DNA from: an uncultured Oscillospiraceae bacterium
GTDB lineage: Bacteria; Bacillota; Clostridia; Christensenellales; CAG-314
NCBI GenBank assembly: GCA_964598315.1
Contig: CAZRBI010000001.1
Coordinates: 90,574-154,573 of the forward strand
Direction of reading: 5' to 3'
DNA: 64,000 bases
Shown: one piece after another, positions 58,014-64,000 of the stretch
Layout of the letters: every line of letters starts with the position of its first letter
Numbering within the stretch: the stretch's first letter is position 1
Translations under genes and position numbers: made by a program
Notes under the pieces: model-generated
Told to the model about the DNA's origin: nothing
Database searches by the model: none
The model's input: the letters and a program-made list of their open reading frames with translations, nothing else

Positions 58014-58877
58014 TCAATGCTTTGCGGATAAGAACTCAAACGCTCCACGAATCACTTGTTTGTCGTCAATAGACGCGCGGAAAACATTGGACGTATTTTT
58101 GACAATTTCATCAAATACTATGTCTGATTTAGTAACACTACCACCGACATAAATTGCGTCTAAATCCAATACCGTGTTTAAATTGTTGACAAAAGTGTTA
58201 AGTGTACGACCTGCTTTTGCTAGCAAGTCCTTGGCAACCGCACCTCCGTTATCGGCAGAATGCGCAATTTCACGGCAAGTCATATGTATTCCGGTTTTTT
58301 CAAAAAACAATCGTTCGATACCACTTCCGGATGCGTACAATTCCAGGCAATCGGTTTTGCCGCATGCGCAATAGCGACGTTGTTCGTTTTCGATTACACG
58401 CACATGTCCAAATTCTGCCGCATTTCCACGCCCGACGTACAATTTACCATTCAAAATCATTCCACCACCGACACCGGTACTCACACTCAAGTAAACGATG
58501 TTTGCGCATTTTGATTTTTGGCTTTTTTCGTGCCAAACACCCAGAACACCTGCATTACAATCGTTTATCAAGTAGAACTTACATCCAAATTTGTCTTCCA
58601 GTGATTGCACCAGCGGTAAATTTTTCCACCCCATTGTCACGGCGTTGATTATACTACCGCTTTTCAAGTCTAGCGGCCCCGGAGAAGCAATACATCCTTC
58701 CGAAAAATGCTGTCCGTCAACAATTGAGGCAAGACGATCCAACCAATCGTCAAAGCCATTTGCAGGCTCGGTGCGAAAAACATTGTAAAACACTTCTTGT
58801 CCGGCCTCATTGTATACGGCAACTGCAGTTTTTGTGCCTCCGAGATCAATACACAGCCTATTCATTGGTTGCAGCAA
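58014..58877 (-). CDS. ROK-family sugar kinase
   Basis: N-terminal DLGGTKT ATP motif, ROK signature and CACGKTDCLELYASG. No HTH. The start could be 58877 or 58865. Confidence 0.78.
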   Translation of the reverse strand: MLQPMNRLCIDLGGTKTAVAVYNEAGQEVFYNVFRTEPANGFDDWLDRLASIVDGQHFSEGCIASPGPLDLKSGSIINAVTMGWKNLPLVQSLEDKFGCKFYLINDCNAGVLGVWHEKSQKSKCANIVYLSVSTGVGGGMILNGKLYVGRGNAAEFGHVRVIENEQRRYCACGKTDCLELYASGSGIERLFFEKTGIHMTCREIAHSADNGGAVAKDLLAKAGRTLNTFVNNLNTVLDLDAIYVGGSVTKSDIVFDEIVKNTSNVFRASIDDKQVIRGAFEFLSAKH

Positions 58878-60135
58878 TCAATTTTGACGTTGTGCCATAA
58901 AGATTAAAACAGTAAACGTATCTGTCGATGCTGTCTTTGATTTTCTTTATGACGTAAAATTCCGGGTCTAACCCTAGGTTCGAAATATTATCAAAAAGCT
59001 TGTTCAATGCGCTGTGCACTTCGGCATTTTCCAACGTGTAGTGACCACACATTTGTGTTATTGTTTCAACCAGCTTGGGTTTGTTTGCAATTGCATCCAC
59101 ACTTGCCGTTCTATCTTCGCCCAACATCCACTTGCGCCAACGTTGCCCCAACAAAGCATGTTTTGCAATAACATTTTTTGCATTGCTACGTTGAGCTTCC
59201 ACCACGAATTTGTTTTCAATTTCACACAATTCAAGGTATGCTTCCGTTTCAACAAGTCCAAATTCCGGCGCAACGTTCATTGCTCCAAGTCCTATCACGG
59301 GATGTTCAAGCAAAATTTTATTTGCAAGATAGTCACCGTTATGTTCTTTCAATTCCATGCCGTATTTCTTGGCAATATCACTAAGATTTTTAGCGGTTAC
59401 GCTGTCATAGTGGCCGACATTTGTTGTCAGACGAGTCAGCGTTCCGGTTTGACCGACGATAAACAAAGGATGCGGCAAGTTACGATTATCCAATTCCGCA
59501 ATAAGTTTTTGAATAAATCCCTCATAACTATCAGCACTTATCAAGCCACCCATTGTTTCTTCAGTGCCGACTTCATATGCAAGTTCCGGCAGATTCTTTG
59601 CTTTGCGCTCGTTCTCGATGCTTTCAATCAATTGAACGGTTCTGCCCAGAACAACGTCTAGTGGCACAATTCCCGTGCAATGCGGGTCTTTTGTGGGATC
59701 GATATGCAACAGGTGGAAGCCGGCAACAGCATCATCAACATACGATTGTCTTGCAATGTTCATGGCTTCGTCAGTCGGCAAGGCATCGCTACGTTCTTTA
59801 TCGCGTTGCCATGGTCCGCCATGGTCTCTACAAAAATAGCACAAACCGTCAAAGCCGATTTCTTCTGCAATTTTGTCGGTAGTTTCTACAAAACGTTTTT
59901 GGTCAAAATCGCAAACATAACCACCACCGAGCGAATCGCTATCCACCTGATTTCTGCTTGCAATCAAAATTACAGGAAAATCTTTTTCCTTCGCCAAACT
60001 CAGCACAGCTTTTAACAAATTTTTGGACATAGGTCCAATACCAATATGAGTAAAACGCTCGCCCTTGTCATACAATTTTCGCGTTGCACGCATCATCTGC
60101 GTGATTGTAATTGCGTTCTTCATGTTATTCTTCAT
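58858..60135 (-). CDS. GatZ/KbaZ-family protein (class II tagatose-bisphosphate aldolase accessory subunit / sugar-phosphate 4-epimerase family)
   Basis: About 425 aa. Resembles GatZ/KbaZ as I recall it (IGIGPMS..ILIASRNQV..GGGY..CRDHGGPW). Confidence 0.65.
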   Translation of the reverse strand: MKNNMKNAITITQMMRATRKLYDKGERFTHIGIGPMSKNLLKAVLSLAKEKDFPVILIASRNQVDSDSLGGGYVCDFDQKRFVETTDKIAEEIGFDGLCYFCRDHGGPWQRDKERSDALPTDEAMNIARQSYVDDAVAGFHLLHIDPTKDPHCTGIVPLDVVLGRTVQLIESIENERKAKNLPELAYEVGTEETMGGLISADSYEGFIQKLIAELDNRNLPHPLFIVGQTGTLTRLTTNVGHYDSVTAKNLSDIAKKYGMELKEHNGDYLANKILLEHPVIGLGAMNVAPEFGLVETEAYLELCEIENKFVVEAQRSNAKNVIAKHALLGQRWRKWMLGEDRTASVDAIANKPKLVETITQMCGHYTLENAEVHSALNKLFDNISNLGLDPEFYVIKKIKDSIDRYVYCFNLYGTTSKLIAATNE

Positions 60136-61567
60136 CCTCCTTTGTTTGCAGATAATCTTTATACAATATTTTCTTGATTGGCTTAATATCCAACCAAGCG
60201 CATACTTCCGCCAGAATGTCGTTGTAATGCCCTATTGCCACCGGATAATGATGTTCAAATCCGCCTGACAAAATTGTGTTTGTGAAATCTTGAGCAGAAA
60301 TATCTTGGCCGTTTAGTTTAAGTTGGTTCATCCAACCGCGACTACCACAGTTACTATCCTTAACGTTGCCCATAAAACGTCCACTCAAATTGATGTATCC
60401 GTTCATGTCTCCGCTGAAACGGAACACCGTCGCATCCACGGGATCGAACACCATATCTCTCACAACTCCGGTGCCGCATATTTTTCCGGGCTCGTGTTTC
60501 ATTCCACTGAAATTATCGCTCAAATTATAGCCGTTTTGCTTGCACAGTTTTTGTGTAGCAGGTCCGCAATGCCACAACAAAATGGAATCATCCGACGTGT
60601 CATATGCGGCAAAGTCCATCAATGCGGTGCTTTCATCCGAGAGATCTTGCAACAGCAACATACTGATGGCACTCATCAAATCCCCCTCGCAAGCAGCAAC
60701 AATTTTATCATCGTTTAACATACCTATTGTTGAACACACCGAGTATTTGAAATCGTCCTGGAATCTTGGCCAGCAACTGATAGCAATCGCGTCATATGTG
60801 TTTTCTTCAACAAGTTTTTTGTAGGCCAAATACATTTTCACGCTAAAGGACTTAAGTTGTCCGGCATGCTCCGTAAGGCAACAAACGCCCTGCTTTTCCA
60901 TTTCATCCAAATAAGGTTGCACTTCACTGTCGGAAATTCCTTTAGCAATTTTCAAAACTTCATCGTATTCGTGATTTCGATTGATAAACATTCCGTCGAA
61001 TTTCGACAAAACACTTCGTTCGTCAAAATACAAATCGTAAAATCCCGGAGCAATTCCTCCAATAAGTGCGACTCTGGAATGTTTCAACTTCTTTATGGCA
61101 CCCAGAGCCTTCACCGTGACGTAAAGACGGCGACGGAATTGTTCGTCATCGGCAAACCCATAGAACCACTTGCACTTTATTCCGTTTGCAGACAAATACT
61201 TGGCATTGATGCCTTGATACATGTTATTACTACAAAACGAATTAAACATCACCGGGCCACTTTTTGTTTCGGGAATTGACCAAATGCCAACATGTGCATT
61301 GCGAATTTTATACAAAATAGGAACAAGAAAACCTGCGGAATAGGACACGTTAAGAATCATTAAGAAGTCCACCGCTTCTCTTTCCATAAATGTAACGGCT
61401 TTTACCGCATCTTCTGCAACAATCACTTGTTCCGGATAGCAAACCAAATCAAACCCCATGTTTTGAGCGTTAAGTTCCATTTGCTCAATTATCTTGCGAT
61501 ATGTTTCCTCTTTGGGACCGGGAAAACTCAATTGACTTGTAGCAACAATTCCAACTTTAATTCTCAT
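60125..61567 (-). CDS. L-fucose/L-arabinose isomerase-family protein
   Basis: 480 aa. N-terminal Rossmann-like KVGIVATSQ. C-terminal domain with ACEGDLMSAISMLLLQ, typical of FucI-like isomerases. Confidence 0.55.
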   Translation of the reverse strand: MRIKVGIVATSQLSFPGPKEETYRKIIEQMELNAQNMGFDLVCYPEQVIVAEDAVKAVTFMEREAVDFLMILNVSYSAGFLVPILYKIRNAHVGIWSIPETKSGPVMFNSFCSNNMYQGINAKYLSANGIKCKWFYGFADDEQFRRRLYVTVKALGAIKKLKHSRVALIGGIAPGFYDLYFDERSVLSKFDGMFINRNHEYDEVLKIAKGISDSEVQPYLDEMEKQGVCCLTEHAGQLKSFSVKMYLAYKKLVEENTYDAIAISCWPRFQDDFKYSVCSTIGMLNDDKIVAACEGDLMSAISMLLLQDLSDESTALMDFAAYDTSDDSILLWHCGPATQKLCKQNGYNLSDNFSGMKHEPGKICGTGVVRDMVFDPVDATVFRFSGDMNGYINLSGRFMGNVKDSNCGSRGWMNQLKLNGQDISAQDFTNTILSGGFEHHYPVAIGHYNDILAEVCAWLDIKPIKKILYKDYLQTKEDEE

Positions 61568-61861
61568 ATTATCCTCCGCTTAATTGCATCGATAAATCTA
61601 ACGCAGCAAATTATATCAATGCTTGATAAAATGATTATAGCATGTTAAATTTCGATGTCAATACCTTATTAAAAAATTACGGAAAAAATTTCCCAATTAC
61701 AAAAAAAACCTCGCTAAAATTGACATTACAATACATGCATCAAACAGCTTCTGCTATCCGCATACACACTTTTTAAATAGATAGTTACGAGCGCCGCACA
61801 AGGCGTTTCGAAAAATTAATAACAATAATTTAAAATAGCAAACAAATGCCGCTCTTTTGAA

Positions 61862-61899
61862 AACAAAAAAACTGTCCTACGAGGCACCTCATAGAACAG
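61862..61899 (-). terminator. Rho-independent terminator (minus strand) downstream of the beta-propeller gene
   Basis: On the minus strand: CTGTTCTATGAGG..CCTCGTAGGACAG (the two non-Watson-Crick positions are G-U only on this strand) followed by T8. Confidence 0.7.
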
Positions 61900-61996
61900 C
61901 AAAAATCTTACCGACTAAATTTTTTATGCGAGAATTGAACCTAAAACAATCTTTTCATGTCAACAGTTTCTCAATTCTCCGCAAAACTATGTTATT

Positions 61997-62986
61997 TTAC
62001 GAATGCAAATCAAGTGAAGACGCCAAGGCCACAAAACGCTCGTTTTTGTCGTTTACGGCACAGTAAAAATGATAAACGACGCCGCTTTCGCTCAAAATCC
62101 ACTGTTTGTGGGCATAAACGTTCTCCCATTCATACTGACTTTGCACAAGAGGTTGCCCCTGCCACTTCACCCAGTGCATCAAATCTTCCGAAACGGCAAA
62201 CGTATTCCACGCCTTGCCATGAACTTGATCGTACACGAAATAAAACATAACGTACACGCCATCCATCACAACGATTTGAGGGTCACCGTTAATTCGAATA
62301 CAATCGTCACACTCACTCACAGAAATAACCGCCCTGTCGCCGTGACGTTTCCATACGTAGCCGTCATCTGAAACCGCAAGAAATATACTCTCCTTTCCAT
62401 CGGCACGTTTAGCGTTATATGCGCAAACATACCGATGTCCAAGCGTAAATTTTTCGTCGATAAACATATCACTTTTGTAAAGCGTTACGCTTTCTTCCTC
62501 TCTACAATCCGCGTCCAAAGTAGTCAAAATCGGCTTGGGAAGCTTATGGTAACTATTCGGATCGTCAATGTCACTACAAGTGGCTAATCCAATCCACAGC
62601 GGATCTGTTTCGTAACCGTTTTTAGAGCCGCCAAGATAACCGACAAAATATTTGCCGTCAACTGCTTTAATTTCATTCGATCCGCCAAATTCGTTATCGA
62701 TAAATTGCGCATAACCACCGGTTTGAGCACTATCCCAACCATAATTTTCAGTCAAAATGTACCCTACTTCCGTCCAACCTTTCAAATTGTCGGATTTCAG
62801 CAGTTTTGTACGGTAACCATGCTCGCATTTAGCATCGATTTCAACCAATGTCATATAGAATGCATTGTTATGCTTGAATACAACGGGACTGTCGCAATAG
62901 CAATCAGCAATTCTAACCACAGCACCATACTTATACGGAGTTTTCACTTTCTCGTAAATTTTGCGCAATACGTCGTTATTAATCAT
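61997..62986 (-). CDS. Five-bladed beta-propeller glycoside-hydrolase-like protein (GH32/43/130 clan; family not resolved)
   Basis: 329 aa with repeated beta-strand blades bearing conserved W/D/G patterns (DGKYFVGYLGG, SDDGYVWKRH, SEDLMHWVKW). Sugar-locus context. Confidence 0.45.
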   Translation of the reverse strand: MINNDVLRKIYEKVKTPYKYGAVVRIADCYCDSPVVFKHNNAFYMTLVEIDAKCEHGYRTKLLKSDNLKGWTEVGYILTENYGWDSAQTGGYAQFIDNEFGGSNEIKAVDGKYFVGYLGGSKNGYETDPLWIGLATCSDIDDPNSYHKLPKPILTTLDADCREEESVTLYKSDMFIDEKFTLGHRYVCAYNAKRADGKESIFLAVSDDGYVWKRHGDRAVISVSECDDCIRINGDPQIVVMDGVYVMFYFVYDQVHGKAWNTFAVSEDLMHWVKWQGQPLVQSQYEWENVYAHKQWILSESGVVYHFYCAVNDKNERFVALASSLDLHS

Positions 62987-63544
62987 GAATCCACCCCAAA
63001 ATATGTTTTAGCGTACTATACACTTCTGCGAAAGTGCACTTTAATCATTATAAAATAAATATCGACAAAAATCAACACCGGCACAAAAATTGTGCAATAA
63101 ATTCTCAAAATTAAAACTTGTCCACCAACAGAACTTCTCTTATGTTGAAATTTTTCATTAATTAAAAAGCCCAAAACATTTTGCCGCACAACTATTTTCA
63201 TATCACTTAACACATTTTTTCACAAAACTACTTTCAACATAATCGGCAATTTTAATCCAGACAAATCACGAAAACTACGTCAATGTGTGACCCAAATCAA
63301 AAACACCAAAGGCTTGTAAAGACACTTATAAAACGTGTCCTCACACACAGCGTTATCTAACTTTTCAAATGACAAACAATTATTGCCGGCATTAACATTC
63401 AGCAAAATTAATTTGATAAACAAAACATCATCTGTTGTAATATTATACTCACAATACCGGCACAGACAACGACCAAGGTTAAAAAATTGATGCACCAACG
63501 TATAAAAATATTACTTGTCTTCAAATTTACGGCAATCAAATCGG

Positions 63545-64000
63545 CTAGTAAATATCTTTCAAAAAGTCATATTGTTTCAACTCTTCAACGCAGCTTTTAT
63601 AACGCGGCATGTAGTTGGAAACGGTATTCCAAAACGCCTCGTCGTGTCCGTCGTTGGTGAAATGGGAAAATGCATGCACAATCAAATATTGTTGTAGTTT
63701 TGTGGGAAGTTGACAAATGCGAAAATCAAACGTTATCACCTTTTCTGCAGGATTTGTACACTTAAGCCAACCACTGTTAATATTTTTGAATTCAATTTTA
63801 GTCGGGCACAAAGAAGCATTACATCCAAAACGAGAAATAGCATCCGAAACACTTTGTTGCGAAAGTTTTTTCAAATAGGAATTTAGTGCTTTCAACCTGG
63901 AATCTTTACGGGCAAAATACTTTTCCGGAAGATAAATGCAATCCTCCAGATAACACCTGCTTTCCACTGTCGGACGTACGGAAACAACGTCACCGAACAG
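63545..64000 (-). CDS. DUF45/YgjP-like (M48-related) protein with an altered metal motif; the N-terminus runs off the window
   Basis: C-terminal ..YLIVHAFSHFTNDGHDEAFWNTVSNYMPRY.. matches the YgjP pattern HELxH..NHsxxFW..mPdy, except that HAFSH replaces HExxH. The frame is open to position 64000. Confidence 0.55.
   Translation of the reverse strand: MFGDVVSVRPTVESRCYLEDCIYLPEKYFARKDSRLKALNSYLKKLSQQSVSDAISRFGCNASLCPTKIEFKNINSGWLKCTNPAEKVITFDFRICQLPTKLQQYLIVHAFSHFTNDGHDEAFWNTVSNYMPRYKSCVEELKQYDFLKDIY

Noticed and set aside
1-64000. Scan of all intergenic regions for rRNA, tRNA, tmRNA, RNase P, SRP RNA and CRISPR arrays.
   Set aside because: I saw no cloverleaf-compatible segments, no conserved cores (for example GAGGAAAGTCC, or a GGTTCGA T-loop with a CCA context), and no short regular repeat arrays.

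Overview
This window comes from a low-GC, spore-forming Firmicute, probably a Clostridia-like organism. About 80% of it is conserved housekeeping and sporulation backbone. The gene order is priA-def-fmt-rsmB-rlmN-rsgA-rpe-spoVM; a ylxY-like deacetylase and an M16 peptidase; ftsK/spoIIIE-rimO-pgsA-cinA-recA; rny; spoVAC-AD-AE; yunB; T-box-pheST; a U32 peptidase; mutS2; nifS-like-thiI; PBP1A; miaB-mutS-mutL-miaA; a ynbB-like gene; then xer-like-hflX and lexA. I found no rRNA, tRNA or CRISPR. There are two accessory regions.

(1) 45.1-50.7 kb is a roughly 5.6-kb island between the ynbB-like gene and the tyrosine recombinase/hflX pair.
- It carries two unrelated HUH rolling-circle Rep genes: a clear pMV158 RepB/Rep_2-type gene, and a second gene with FLTFN / HYH / YTAK motifs.
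- The two Rep genes diverge from a roughly 970-bp ORF-free, hairpin-dense, GC-enriched region. That region contains a perfect 15-bp hairpin whose 9-nt loop TACTGCGTC resembles the RepB nick site.
- There are six paralogous 67-70-aa XRE HTH genes, one of them interrupted by an in-frame TAA, and a zinc-ribbon peptide.
- There are palindromic operator triads.
- A roughly 470-bp tandem module is present, in which a roughly 150-nt structured non-coding element is far better conserved than the adjacent coding sequence.
- There are no capsid, transfer or cargo genes.
- This island is the most likely site of something undescribed. It could be an integrated rolling-circle replicon or integrative mobilizable element, with a candidate sRNA or single-strand origin.

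(2) 54.6-63.0 kb is a minus-strand sugar locus. It encodes a ROK regulator, a ROK kinase, a GatZ/KbaZ-like protein, a FucI-like isomerase, a beta-propeller hydrolase-like protein and an unassigned 666-aa protein.

Smaller observations:
- A 30-codon spoVM gene is absent from the ORF track.
- stp/prkC and hfq are absent from their usual syntenic positions.
- The recombinase and lexA both have candidate leaderless starts.
- cinA has a degenerate N-terminal domain.
- A DUF45-like protein has lost the HExxH glutamate.

All calls rest on manual motif reading. No database search was possible.
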